Shown here piece by piece: positions 1 to 13,330 of a stretch of DNA of 64,000 bases. Position 1 is the stretch's first letter; every line of letters starts with the position of its first letter. Origin of the DNA: Camelus ferus (lineage: Eukaryota); contig NC_045697.1 in NCBI RefSeq assembly GCF_009834535.1, positions 47,246,001 through 47,310,000 on the forward strand, in the 5' to 3' direction. The position numbers were made by a program, and so were the translations under genes. The notes under the pieces are model-generated. The model did not search any database. It was not told the origin of the DNA and saw only the letters and a list, made by a program, of their open reading frames with translations.

Positions 1-39
1 CCCTGTGAGGCTGATTTCTTTTCACTGGCTAAAATCTCA

Positions 40-382
40 CCCTTGTCCTTTTGCTCTTTCTATTTCCCTGACCCTGAACACTGTCTTTCCCTCCTGTTCA
101 TCCATCTTAGACATATACAGCTTTCCCAACTTAACTTACCTCCTCCAGGAAATGTATCCCCAATTTCCCCACTTCATAGTAATCCATCATTTCTCTGAAC
201 CACTGTAGCACTTTTGTCCACATGCAAAGCTTAGCATACTGTATTCTTAATTACCCACTGTATATAAGTCTTAAGTGTCTAAGAAAATACATAATGTATA
301 GTTTTTATTTTTAAGTAATTCCATTGCATACATAGCCCAATATTAGGTACATTATAGATGTGAAATACTTATTGAATTAAAT
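40..382 (+). mobile_element. Decayed L2 LINE 3' fragment
   Basis: acttacctcctccaggaa motif and degenerate 3' tail (aaatacttattgaattaaat) resemble the L2 3' consensus. Confidence 0.45.
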
Positions 383-459
383 AGTCAAAGTGCCTGGAAA
401 ATTAATGCCACTTTGAATTGATATTTTGAAATGTTTTTAATTGCATTTTTAATTCACAG

Positions 460-512
460 GAAGAAATTAAAGACACGATTTGAGGGGAGCGTTACAATTG
501 ATCAGAGTCTAG
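460..512 (+). CDS. Candidate small coding exon of an unidentified gene (xKKLKTRFEGSVTIDQSL)
   Basis: Acceptor ttgcatttttaattcacag|G at 459/460 and donor TAG|gtaaac at 512/513; only one frame is open; phase matches the candidate exon at 2863. A stronger donor AAG|gtaagt lies at 557/558, but that longer exon has stops in all frames. Confidence 0.35.
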
Positions 513-1208
513 GTAAACACAGATAAATTTGACTGTACTTTTGTTTAAATGTAAAAGGTAAGTTCCTGCTATAGATCTTCCCCTAGAGAAATCTTTATAA
601 AGTGTGGCCAGATTGTATATAAAAGTGATTTTTATTATTTATTTTCATCTTGGTGAAGATCAAACACCACCTTAGTGCATATATCAGCTAACATGAAAAT
701 TATATTTATGTACCCACTTCTTAAATTATAATATTTGTAAATTGCTTTTTGTGGACCTTATTCAATTATATAATTTGCAAGTTGCTCTAAATATAATACT
801 CAAGGAAATCATTCTTAAAGGATAAATACATATTTTTTAACCTTTGAGTTTTTCATTCTTCAACACGATACCTTGTTTTTTTTCTCTCTTATCTCGGGAC
901 AGCACTGGGCCTACTTATAGGGACAGATTAGAAGCATTTTTCCCTTTACCATGACAACACCCAGCTAAGGTTTACTGATAAACTAGTAGCAAGTCAGACC
1001 ATCTACAAGATGCAGGAGGAACTCCTGAGTAAGAACTTGAATTCAGGAGTCAAATAAATTGTATAGCTTAAAGAAATTTATGTATTGCTAACATTTTATT
1101 AAAATCCTTGACATTTTTATCCAAATGTAATACTCACTGTTGAGTTCCCATGTTGTATCCTTTTTATAGATAAGCACATTTTTATAAGCTCTGAACTTAT
1201 AAATTTAA

Positions 1209-1225
1209 TGTGTGTGTGTGTGTGT
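1209..1225. repeat. (TG)n microsatellite
   Basis: About 8 TG units seen directly. Confidence 0.9.
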
Positions 1226-2862
1226 ATTTAAGCAGCTTTGCACTAAAATGTTCATTCTGTATTGACAGATATCAAATTCAAATTTTGCACATATACATAA
1301 ACACACTTGGTCTGTGAAAATGTGTCTAACAATACGTTTTAAACAAAATAATTATTATGAGAGATATTAATGCTTACATTTTATTCCAAAGAGGATTAAC
1401 CAATTATGGATTTGGCTCACTTAAACATTAAACTTTTTTGGATTAATATGACAACAAATAGTTGATCAAAACCTTAAAAAGTTAAATCAAAGAACTAAAA
1501 TTTTCGCAAATAATTTTACAGAACAATTTTAATTTTTGTTGAATTTATCATTTGTTTTAATAGCATTTGCACACAGCCTCAGAGAGTTACTTTAGGAAGT
1601 TGGCTATCCCTGTGTAAGTAAATTAATTAAATGGACACTTATTGCAGGCCTATGTACACATTCACATGCACACAGCCTTGTGCTACTCACATGAGAAAAT
1701 AGAAACAAGACATAAAATCCAAACTCTAAGCCAAACAAACGTCGAATCTAGTCACTGTAGGGGTGGTTTCTTGTGTTCATGATCATCCTGTACATTTTTT
1801 ACATTTCTTCTGCTTCTGACCTGTATACATCCTTTTCTACTCACCACTGTTACCTTTCTCACTTAGGACCCATCAACTTTCCTATAGTAATCATAATGAG
1901 TAATCAATCCCTGTTTCTCTAATAATGAGAGCTTTAATGATTATTCTCTATAGTAATTCCCTGCCGGTCAGGAATAAAATGTAATTGAAGTGTATACTAT
2001 ATGTGCATCTGTGATAAAAATAAGTACCTTTAAGACAAACATCAGTGTTTCAGTTTAATAAAAATATCAAAAATACAAACACATTCGCTTATTTAGAAGA
2101 GATTCGTTTTAAATTCATCTTCATCAGAAGAATCCATGATTAGCAATTCTAGTAGAACATTCATTAATATTTCATGCTGTCACATCTCTGTTCAAAAAAG
2201 CCACACTAATCACTAATTCAACCAATTCAATATATCTGAATTATCAGGAATTTATAAACACTTTCTAATTATGCATGAACTAAATCTTTAAACTCTAAAA
2301 CTGATTTTTAAAAAGAAGTAAAATGCAAAAACTGTGTACTTTTAGTTATATGATTGTTTCGGGAAGACTTTTATTCATTTCTACTGATTAGGGTACCTAC
2401 AGAATGTGTAATCAAAATCAGTTTCATAGCTATGCTTTATTCAGTACTTGTGAATGTAGTAAATACTGTTTATAACAGTACTTTCAAGATATTATATTAT
2501 TATGTTGAAAGAAATACAATTTCTTAATCAACAAGTTCTACTGGTTGTTGAGCATGTAAAGCAGTATATTTTGAAAAAGAAATAAAAAAGAATATAGCTT
2601 GATGATTTCTGTGTTTTTTTACTCACTGACAAAAAGAAAAATAAAGATTGGTAATTTCACATAAATCATATTTTCTCAAATGAAAGTGTATTATATAAGG
2701 GTAATAGTGTTAGATTGCCTAGATTCTAATGTGTTGCAGTTAATTTAATACGATAGATGGATAATACATGACAGCCCTGAAGACGAAGTTAAGTTCTTTG
2801 TGATGCCAATATTTTGCTTGATTTGTGAAGCTTGTTGATATGTGGTGTTTTTTTTTTACTAG

Positions 2863-2957
2863 AAATCCAGCAAGAGCAGAACATAAAGATTTTCTCCAAC
2901 AAAACTACCTACCATCTCTCTAGCCACATAGATGTTAGCAGAAGGGAGCAAAATTAG
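2863..2957 (+). CDS. Candidate terminal coding exon (EIQQEQNIKIFSNKTTYHLSSHIDVSRREQN*; alternative frame NPARAEHKDFLQQNYLPSL*)
   Basis: Good acceptor gttttttttttactag| at 2862/2863; reads in frame from exon 460-512 to TAG at 2955-2957; no clear AATAAA immediately downstream. Confidence 0.3.
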
Positions 2958-3056
2958 TGTGAACAGAGAACTGGCACCCCAAACCTACATGCTGAGTTTT
3001 TATTTCTTAATTCTAATATCAGGGTTACCTTTTATAAACAATCTGAGTCTCTGTCA

Positions 3057-3355
3057 ATTCATTCATTTTAGGGTTCATTATTCAACAAATACTTATTAAG
3101 CTAACCACCATGTGTGACCCTTTAAGGGATAATATGATTAATAAGGCACATTCTTTTTATTCAAGAATCACAGTCTAAGGAAAAGTCAGATACATTCATG
3201 TCTTACACAAGGCAGAATGCTAAGTGCTGAAATAGAGATAGGAAATGCTAAAGGAACGCAGTGGGAAAGATATATTTTAACTAAGGTATTAAATGGGCTT
3301 CATAGAGAAGGTGACATTTGACATGGATATTGGAGAAGAGCTGAGATTTCATCAG
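3057..3355 (-). mobile_element. L2 LINE 3' fragment
   Basis: attcattc...ttcaacaaatacttattaagc and gagaaggtgacatttga are antisense L2 motifs. Confidence 0.6.
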
Positions 3356-3369
3356 GTAGTTATGACAGA

Positions 3370-3616
3370 TCCTGTAGGAATGACCTAATCTGCCCCCCAT
3401 ACCTCCCATCTCATCCTCCTTTAACCTGTATTGCCTTTTCTTTTTTCATAGTATTCATCTTCTAATTTATTTATGATATATATTGTTCATTTACCACGAC
3501 TAGAATGTAAATATTCAGGTAGGGATCTTTGTTTTGTTCACTGATGTACTTTGGTGCCTAGAATTTCCTGGCTTATTGTGGGCACTTCATAAAAATATGT
3601 GGAATAAATTAATGAG
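3370..3616 (+). mobile_element. L2 LINE 3' end
   Basis: ctagaatgtaa...gggatctttgttttgttcactgatgta...gtgcctagaa matches the L2a 3' end. Confidence 0.7.
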
Positions 3617-3771
3617 GGGAAAATATAAGTTAATCATGGAAGCAGAAAGTGCAAAGTATTTTTTTCAAAATTATCCAGTATGGCACGTATGACTGTAAAA
3701 AACGTTTGATGGCCGTATGATATAAGTACACCAGCATCTAGTACACCAAATGTTTTGTTTAATGTCTGGCT

Positions 3772-3980
3772 CACTCTTCTCCAGTGGACTTTCTGAGATG
3801 CTCAAAATGTTCTGTATCTGAACCGTCCAGTATGATAACCACTAGACACATGTAGCTATTACTAAGCACTCAAAATGTTGCTAGTACAACTGAGGAACGG
3901 GGTTTTTGTTTTGCTTAATTTTTAAAAATTTAAATTTAAATAATTTGATATGGGTAGTGACTACCATTTTGGATGACAAG
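3772..3980 (+). mobile_element. MER3 (hAT-Charlie MITE)
   Basis: aatgttctgtatctg...accactagacacatgtagctatt...ctagtacaactgaggaac...gtagtgactaccattttgga is colinear with the MER3 consensus. Confidence 0.8.
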
Positions 3981-4124
3981 ATATATATATTGTTCTTTTA
4001 GAGGGTTCAATAATGACTATCTACTGATTTATTTGACAATTTTATGCATGGGCAATAAAATATACTGCATGGGCTCCCACATCCAGGAAGACAAAGTAGA
4101 GATATTTTTCTCTATTTTTGTTTT

Positions 4125-6580
4125 TTTAATTTCTTCCTGGACTTTACATATAAAACAAACATGAAAAGACTCTGAGAGTTGAAGAAAAGGCAGACCATCT
4201 AGAGACCTTGAGGAACAACATGGTGGCAAGTGGATTTTCTTTTTACCTCACGTATCCTAGACCTAAAACTAAAGACGCAAACAACACAGAATGCCAGTAG
4301 GGGCAGGAAAATAAAACAGCAAAAGCCTATGCTCTCAAACCAAAAGACCAAGAAGGGGATACCCTAAAAATTTCAGACATGACTCTCTCTATTTCCAAAC
4401 ATCCCTATGTTCCTATGGTGCCAAAAGCTACAGGAAAAAACTGGAGTCCCTCTCCTACCCAGACTGGCAAAGGCTGAGTGGGAACCGAGACTTTCCTCCT
4501 CGTGGGCTGTAAGGAGATGCCCTGACCACCAGGGCTTTCATCCCCACTGCCCTGTAATGCGTCCCTGTGAAGTGTCAGCGGAGACGACACGGGAAACTTG
4601 GACTTCCATCATCACTCATCAGTGACCAGACACCTCTCCCTTTCCCCACTGAGGTTGTGTCGGAGGAAGTCTAGTGGAGAGTCAGGACTCTTACAAGTAC
4701 TCAGCAATAATGAGGCTACCACCAGTAATGCCAGTAGGGACCATATGGGGAGGTGAACTCCCACTCCTGCCAGCAGTAATGAGGAGCCCACCTCCATCTG
4801 ATGACAATGAAGGTGAAACTGGGACAGTCTACTTCTACCTTCACCTGGCTGTAAGGAGGTAGTGCCCACCATTCTCCTGCCAGAGTGATTTCAGAGAAAG
4901 CCAGTTAAAACAGAAGGCTTAAATAAGCCCCAGACTCTTAACAATACTAAAATATTCAGGTTGCATTAAAAAAAAAATTTACTTGTCACACCAAGAAGTG
5001 GGAAGAAATCAAGCTGATATTGTTCTTTCAGATGTTGCATAATAAATGAACCTCAGTTGAATGAGTGAATCTCAAACTCATAACCTATAATGAAAAATAA
5101 TATGAAGATGAATATAATGTATGTATATATATGACTGAAACATTATGCTGTACACCTGAAGTTGATACAACATTGTAAACTGAATATACTTCAATTTTTA
5201 AAAAAAAAGAAAAAAGAAAAATTACTCAATCTGAACAACATAGAAAAATAAATTAAAACAAAAATGATCAGAGTCTCAGAGACCAATGGGACCAAAACAA
5301 AAAAATATTTGTATCATTAGAGTCCGAGAAGGAGAAGAGAAAGACAGTGAGACTGAAAAAGGACCTGAAGAAATAATTACTGAAAACTTCCCAATTTTGG
5401 AAGAGGCAAAAACTATAGATCCAGGAATCTCAGTAAACCCCAAACAGAATAAGCCCAAAGAAACCCACACCACAACACAGTAAAATTAAACTTCTAAAAA
5501 CAAACAAACGAAAAAATTGAAGGCAGCCAGAGAAAATGACATTTTACCTCTGGGGGGAAAATAAGTGACAATAAATTTTCATCAGAAATCATAAATGCCA
5601 AAAGGAAATGGCACAAGATCTTTCAACTGCTGAAAGAAAAGAACTGTCAATCCAGAATCCTATACCCAGCAAAAATATCCTTCAGGAATTAAGAGGAAAT
5701 CAAGAAATTCTCAGATGAAGAAACACTAAGAGAATTTGTTATCAACAAACCTACTCTAATAGAATGATTAAAGGAAGTTCTCTAAACAGAAAGGGAATGA
5801 TAAAAGAAGAAATCTTCGCACATCAGAAGAACATGATAAGCAAAATATAGGTAAATACAATAGGTTTTCTTTCTCCTCTTGGTTTTCTAAATTAAGATTG
5901 ATGGTGGAAGTCAAAAATTATCACACTGTCTGATGTGGTTCTACATAGGAAATATTTAAGACACTTATATTGTAAACAAGGGACACATGGGGGAAGTAAG
6001 TCTCATATAATACACAATAAACTCAAAATGGATCTTGGATTCAAATGTAAAACCTTAAACTATAAAACTTTTAGAAAAAAAGTAGGAGAAAATATTTGAG
6101 ATGTAGGGCTTCACAGAGGTCTTAAATTTGACCACAAAAAGCATGATCAAAGAGAAATTGATGAGTTGAATTTCATCAAAATTTAAAACTTTTGCTTGTG
6201 GAAAACCCTGTTAGGAATACAAAAAGATACACTCCAAACTGGAAGAAAATATTTGTAAACCTATGTATGTTTCATATGTATGCATTAGAAAACTAGTATC
6301 TAGAATATATAAAGAACTTTCCAAACTCAGTAGTGAAAAAAACAGTCCATTTGGAAAATGGACAAAAGATATAAACAGACATTTCATGAAAAGGATATAA
6401 AAATGTACACACATGAAAATATATACAGTATTATGAACCATCAGGGAAATGCGCATTTAAACCACAATGAGGTATCAATGCATACCTATCAGAATGGCTA
6501 AAATAAAAAAATAGTGACTACACCAAATGCTGGCAGGAATGCAGAGAAAGTAAATTACTCATACGTTGCTGATGGGAATT
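4125..6580 (+). mobile_element. Old L1M (L1MC-like) LINE remnant: repetitive 5'UTR, partial ORF1, 3' part of ORF2, with large internal deletions
   Basis: ORF 5286-5483 (NICIIRVREGEEK...EEIITENFP) resembles L1 ORF1p; aactgtcaatccagaatcctatacccagcaaaaatatcc is the ORF1 C-terminus; aactcaaaatggatc, ctataaaacttttagaa and gggaaatgcgcatttaaaccacaatgag are ORF2 3' motifs; many stops and frameshifts. Confidence 0.85.
5078..5220 (+). mobile_element. Young camelid-type L1 3' tip nested in the old L1
   Basis: atgactgaaacattatgctgtacacctgaagttgatacaacattgtaaactgaatatacttcaat followed by an A-rich tail. Confidence 0.85.
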
Positions 6581-9500
6581 ATCCAGAGAATTGAAGACTT
6601 ATATAGTATGTCAGCTTGAGGTAAGTGCTATGGAGGAAAAGAAAGGCAGAAAAAAGGACTAAGGATTGGACTATTATTAAATAGTGCCATCAGGGAAATT
6701 CTTGTCTTATTTACAATGGTGAACAATCACACTGTAACATGTTTAACTGTAAATTTTCCAAAGGTAATTATAATTCTCAGTAAAAGACTATGGCTGAAGA
6801 ACAGGAATTTACTACCTTTTTCTCCACTGTGATGCATGTGACTAATGGCATTCAAATTTGTTACACACTCCTATAAGTGGACCAGTGACCAGTGACACTT
6901 CTGGTGTCCTATGTGTAATTCCTGGTACCTGGCTCTAAGTCCCTTGTTCTCACTCACTCAGGAAAAGCAACTCAATTATCAATGAGAGTGAGTGGGAATG
7001 TGTATTATTGTGATAGTCTTAAATCTGAATATGTGTGTAAGATATGTCATTTAAAAAATGTAGTTCTTTATTGCTTGCAATATATAACTAATTTCAACAT
7101 TTGCATATTGAATCATTGGCACTGAGAGTAATAGTAATTGCATGTGTATAGTAATGTCTAATTGGTGGCTCACAAACCTATCCATTTCTAAGAATATGCA
7201 ATTATGACATTGATCTTACAAGTAAGGAAGTTGAGTCAAAGGGCAAAAGTTATAGTCAATAGTTTTAGAATAGTTTCAGATGAACACTCTTGATGAATAC
7301 TTCAACAGAAGCTGAAATTTTGGCATTAAAGTAAACAAATACTCAGTAGACTGGATGACTGAGTTTTGCAACCTGAGTGGGCAAATTTCTCTGGCTTAAA
7401 ATTTAAGTAAATCAACTGTTATTCTACTGCTACTCAGTATTACTACTCACTGGTTCAAAACATTTCAAAAGAGAAAATATCAGGCAAATATTGCATACAG
7501 CCAAACAAAGCCCAAGGTAAAAATTCCTCACCACAGGAATTCTTTTTGATGCAATAAACATTTATGAAATGTCCACTATAGAATAAGCCTGTGCTGTGCA
7601 CTGAAGGCCAAAGAAAGAATTAAGACAAGGTCTTTGCTTTCTATTGATTAAAAATGGATCAGTTTTTATTGATTGATACACAGTCCACCAGTGTTAGCCT
7701 TGATAACCCCTATATGGTAGATGTATTCATGAGATTATGTAATTAGATCTCGGCTTAGAAATTTTCAGGAGGCAAAAAAAAATCCAATAAAGTGAATACA
7801 CCAAATAAGTCATTTCCATTTGAGGGGATGAGAGAAGTGTGGGACAGGGGTTTAAGTGAGGAATCTTTTGGCCCCATACTTGGTGGAGCCTTTGAATTCA
7901 ACTGATCATCACTTCCAATACCAAGTCCTAGTTTCACCTAGTGGCTTCTATGAAATGATTCTCCAAGTGTCAGTGGTCCCATCCTTCCTAGTGTCACAAA
8001 ATTGGTGCTTAATACATTTTTGCTGAACAAATGAAGGAATGAGTCCAGCATCCCAGCTGGAGGTAATTTTCCAAGATTCTGCAAATCAAGTTCAAAATCT
8101 GCCTGATGCTTTCATGTCCAGGGGCTCCTAAATGGGTGGCTGCCCCTGTGCAGATGACCACGGGAGCTACATGCTCAGGCTTGTGGCCCTCCGTGCATAC
8201 CACCTCTTCATAGAGCTCCAGGAAATCTCCATTTCTGAATGTGATGCCTGAACCAGGATTAATGCTTGGTAACTGCTTGAACTTCTGCAGATAATGTAGC
8301 TGCTTGGCAGAGATCTAGCCGCTGTTAATGTTAAATGGGCAGGTTTGTATAGAATACAATAAAGGGGTAGCTTGAACTTCACTCCTTTCATCTCCTTTTG
8401 GCCTTATGGGCTCAACTGTTTGAGTGACATGGATTCTGAAAGTCAGCAATAGACTCAAGTATCTCAAGCATTGTCATCAGGAATTTCAACTTCCATCTAT
8501 AGGTTAAGGTAGTTGGGAATGATCTTGGATCTCTGATTAACGAATAGGCATCTTACCCATGTCGCTATACATTTTCAGGAATCTAATTCAGTTTGATCAT
8601 GTTTCTCATGCAAACCCAAGCCAGGATGGAAAACTCCTCAATTTGATACCTGAGTTCCCACTGTAATAGGTCATATCTTGGTCTACAGGGTAGATAAGGG
8701 ATTCTCTGTGGTCCCACCTCGATGCTTGCCTTTCAGAAGTGTTAGATGGACATTTTTAGCAAATTTGGCTTAGAGATGTGAGTTATAGCGGTATTTCCTG
8801 AAGCTTACGGCTGGGTCCACAGAACACCAGTCTGTTTCTGTTCCCCCACCCTCCAAAAAGTAATTTAAATGACTGCTCACCCATTTTTCTTCTAGTCAAC
8901 AGGAAATGTCAATTAGGGGTAGATAAATACTTGGAAATGCTGAGCATATCCTTTAGAATTTATTTTAATTCTTGGAAGTGTGTTTCAGGGCAAGCTAAGA
9001 AAGCTATCTGCAAGGTCACTGTGGCTGATAAGAATTCCACCTCCCTCTCTGAAGGTGACAAAATTCTGGACATAGTTGGGTTCACTGGTGGCAAAGAGGC
9101 TGAGTAATGTAAAATGTTTTCAAATGTTGAAAGTTTGGATGAATACCAAATGAATTATACTAATTCTTAAGACTTAATCACTGTGTATATTGTGTCTATC
9201 TTAGTATATTTGCACATTTTCATATTTAATGGCAAGCGCCCTGAGTTGATCAAAATAGATCCTTACAAGAGTTATTTCATGGTTAAGCATCTTCACAGGT
9301 CTTCCATGTTGATTTCCAGAACAAGAAAATATGCATGTTGCCCATGTTATGAGGAGCAATATAGAATCAGGAATTCATTCATTCTTTTAGTACTTGACTA
9401 TTTGTTGAGTGCTTACTATGTACAAGGCACTGAGTTGAAATTGACTGTATTTTGGAGTCTTGTTTTCTATTTACTGTCCTTCATTTGTCATAGATGATTA

Positions 9501-9934
9501 AGTTGGCTGAGCTGAAATTTATCACACGCAGATACTTCACTGGTTTGATCAGGCTGCATTTTCCTGTGTCTACATTAGCAATAATGGCTGTTATGTCTTG
9601 CTTTAAGTATACATTTCTGAGTGCTAGTGAAATGCAAGTATTTAGAATTTTAACTCAGACACTACCTCTAAGTCTCATTTATTAAAAAGAAGATAAACCT
9701 TAGGAATCTTTTTGCTTGGCCTTCTAGGATTTTATGATGTTAGTTTATAAATGCTGATGATGAAGGGAAATATTTTTGCAAAGTTCTAGGGAGCCTTTGG
9801 TGAAATTAAGTAGGTGAAATTTATCTTTTGTACTTCAGTTCCCCTGACACCTTTCTCTCTGTCTTTAGCACCCATCCCTCCCACAAAGCCCTCAATATCC
9901 CTGCCCTAAATGGGAGGAGTAAGGAGGACAAATC

Positions 9935-10131
9935 ACAGTTCTGTCACTCGATAGCTATAAAACCTTGGTTAAATTATTTATCCTCCAGTCTTGAGATTCC
10001 TTGTCTATAAAATAAGGATTATCACAGTACATTCCTCATATGGTCCTTGTGAAGATTACATAAAATACTGAAGTGAAGCACTTAGCACATGTACATATTA
10101 AAGATTAACAAAAAGTTGCTAGCTTTTTATT
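9935..10131 (+). mobile_element. MIR SINE
   Basis: MIR core (ttccttgtctataaaataaggatt...gtgaagattac...agcacttagcaca). Confidence 0.75.
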
Positions 10132-11084
10132 CTGCTAAGTAAAGACATTAAGGAAAAAACACAAGCTCCATCTACCACAATCATTTCATAAAAGAAGCTA
10201 CATGGTGCCATCCAAAAAGGAGAACAGGATCTCAGAATCTACTATTTTAATTTAAAAAGTTACTACATTGTCCTTGATGCTCATATTTCATCATAAATTA
10301 ATGAAAACTTCACCTTGGACCAACTTTAATCTGTAGACCTGGGCTTGAAAACCACTGCGATGACATTTCCAATTCTCTTATTCATCAAAATTTACCTACT
10401 GTGGTCTCATCCCCTTGAAGCCCAGTTTTCTTTCTCACATTGCAGCTCACTGGTTTGCAGTGAATGCTAATGGATAAATGTGTTCATTTTTTTGAGAATA
10501 TATTTATGTTCTAATATAGGGGGCTTGATCCAAATAAGTGATAGTAGTGGTGAGAATTCCAGACCAGTTGGCAATTCTATGGGAAAACTATCTGGGTGTA
10601 AGTGTCCTTTCAGCATCCTGAAAGTCCACTTGCTTTGTATATGTACACGGCTGGCACTGCACTCAACCTTTCTTGCATTTAGGAAAGTTATACCTGCCAT
10701 GGATAGGCTGGGCCTCTGAGTGGTTTCCCCAGCAGCACCTGTGGGCCGCATTGAATTTTAGGGATCATCGTAAATGGAATTATGGTGAGAAAGTTTTCCT
10801 GATTGTATTTCAATTTATGCCACTTCTCCTGATCAAAACTTATCCTTAGTAGATCTTTGACCTATCATGACCCTAATGGAAAAAGAACTTATTGGGGTTA
10901 GGTTTCTTCTAAGGATTAACATGAATGAGGCACACCTTGCCCCAAAGGCTGACCTGCAGAAAGCTGGCTGCCCGAAGTGCTAAGTAATGGGCTTCCTCGG
11001 GGACAAAGGCAGCAGCACTAACGCAACAACTGGATTTCATTTCGAAAAGCTGCAGCGGTATATGGGCAGTACAGCATACAGTCC

Positions 11085-11331
11085 ACTATGGTACAACAGT
11101 GAAGAGTGTGGGTCTGGGGCCAGAAGACCTTGATTCAAACCTGAGGTTGGACACCTATCAGCTGTGGAAAGTAGTCAATCTCTCTAAACTTCAGGTTCCT
11201 GAAAATGGGTTAAGAATAGTACCTACATCACAAGCCTGTTCTAAGGATTAAACAGGTTAACTCATGTGAAACACTTTAGCACAGTGCCTGCCCATGGTAA
11301 GCACTTGGTTAATATTAGCTTTGTATTATTA
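11085..11331 (+). mobile_element. MIR SINE, near full length
   Basis: tRNA-like head (gaagagtgtgggtctgggg...gattcaaacc), core, and 3' agcacagtgcctg...taagcact...tattagct. Confidence 0.85.
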
Positions 11332-12404
11332 TGTGCACTGTAACAGGATGTGCCCACTCTTCTGCTGGCTTCATTAACCACTCATACTAAGTATATTTGC
11401 TGTTTTACTCAGAACATACTCTGAAATTACAAAATATGCAAACTCAGGTCCATACCTGAGCAAATGCAAGGCATATCTTGGAGTTCCCCTTTTAATAGGT
11501 TCCACTGAAATATCCCAGCCTTTACTGAACTTTCTTTTACTTCCTCAAATCACCTCTCACTTCTCTTTTGTTGCTAATGTCAGTCCTGTCTCACTCGGAC
11601 TGTTTCTAAGAGAGGACTTCCTTTGTTGTTGTTTTTGGTTTGGGGTATTGTGATGATGGCAGACTCTTTCACTTGAGTTGTCTAGTGGGTGGAACATCTC
11701 AATCCACATTGTTTCTAAAGAGTGATGCTCAACAAGTTGGTCTTGAGTGGCCAGATTTCACAAAATTACAGCCAAATTTCAATTATCCACATCAAAAGGT
11801 TGTTGGTACAGATAACAGAAAATTACAGATTCTAAAATCGTGGTTAACCATCCAGCAGGGTTGAACCAAACTTCTATATATACTCAGTGGCATTGCCAAC
11901 TGGGTTAAAGGAATGTAGTCACCCTATAATCTCCTCGAAACCCTATTCTTTGATATGGACACTTGACAGAGTCTTGATCTTATGTAAAGTGCTGAGAAAT
12001 TACAACTTTGGGTCCTCACTTCCAATGAGGTGGTGGCAACTATATTCCTGTAAATTGTGAATTCCCAAGCTGGCTCTGTCATAGGTCTGGACCTATCTCA
12101 GGCAATGCATCAACCATGTGGACAAGCCATGATGCATTCGACTAATCTCCAATGCACACACCCCAGAGAGTAATCAGTGTACTCTCTTGTAGTAGGACGA
12201 TGCCTGCTCTATCTTCCCAGAGCTGGCTTCAGCGCGTTAAGAGGAGGAAAGTGAAGCCTGAGGCAGTGCATTTCAACAGTGGAATGCTGAGATTGTTATT
12301 CATGTCTTCTTTACGTGGTCTCCTCCTAGTTTTCAACACTGATTTTATTCCCTGGAGTCCTGCAGAACAAATCTATTCTTCGTTGAATATTTGGAGAAAG
12401 ATAT

Positions 12405-12578
12405 TGCATCCTGCCTGGTATTGCCATTAAGGACTGTGTGACCTTGGCCAGTTCTATCATCTCTGAGATTTTTTTTTTTTTTTTTTTTTTTGCTTTTTAA
12501 AAAAATTCTAGAAAGGAGGGAATTGGACTAGGTGATCTTTAACAGATCCTTTAATTTCAATATTATATAATTCTATGA
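12405..12578 (+). mobile_element. MIR3-like SINE containing a T23 run (12469-12491)
   Basis: ctgtgtgaccttggcca and ttggactaggtgatcttt...attctatga; poly-T seen directly. Confidence 0.65.
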
Positions 12579-13114
12579 AAAATCTCTTTTGATGCCAGTA
12601 TAGAATGGTGTGTTCGTTACATGCTTTATCCTATACCACACAATGTGCTTACCATACATAATAACAAAGTTCTCATACTGTACCTATGGGTACTTTTATT
12701 TACAAGTGAGGAAACAAAGCGTCAAAGAAATTAAGTAAACCATGTTCTGAGTTTCTGATACCAGCCTTCTGCTCTAAGGTAGTTTTCGTCTCCATCTTAT
12801 AGTCTCTTGGGAAATTAACTTTAAAATCTCTGAGCTTGGTTGCTTAACTGTGAAATGGGTTTGACAAAAAAACAAGTTGACCTTCAATTCAGCAAACAAG
12901 CTATCACATTTTGTGGTCACTGCCATGAGATGTGGCAAGGCGGCAGGGATTCATTTTTGGAGAGCTGGGCCTAGGCTCATCCAAGCAGGGTAAAGGTTTG
13001 GAAGTTGATATGAAAATAGCACCAGAATTCATAAGCCTGTGAGCCTCTCACCAGTTCTTAAAAAAACCTAAAGACATAATTATACAAAAGCAGTCATTCC
13101 TCTAGCATTCGATC

Positions 13115-13330
13115 ACAAGGGCCTGCTGTGTGCCAGGTATCGGATTGGTCGCTTTTTTAATTTCTCAGAAGAGCTCTGTGGAGTACCAGTTAGTGCATGT
13201 ATAATTATCTTCATTTTACATAAGATGAGACTGACACTAATTGTCGATAAATGACTTGCTCAGCCAGAAAGTGGAAGATGGGAATTATAACCAAGTCTTC
13301 TGGGCTCCAAGTTGCAGATCTTTCCCCTCT
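13115..13330 (-). mobile_element. MIR SINE
   Basis: tgtgtgccagg...ttcattttaca...aaatgacttgctc...ccaagtcttctgggctcca. Confidence 0.6.

Noticed and set aside
2093..2176. Minus-strand reading HEILMNVLLELLIMDSSDEDEFKTNLF* followed by ATTAAA
   Set aside because: Protein-like, but it needs a weak acceptor downstream of a better AG, and I found no partner exon; probably chance, though a BLAST is cheap
8132..8251. 39-aa small ORF MGGCPCADDHGSYMLRLVALRAYHLFIELQEISISECDA
   Set aside because: Weak start context (T at -3), no promoter or splice support, no recognisable homology; length expected by chance
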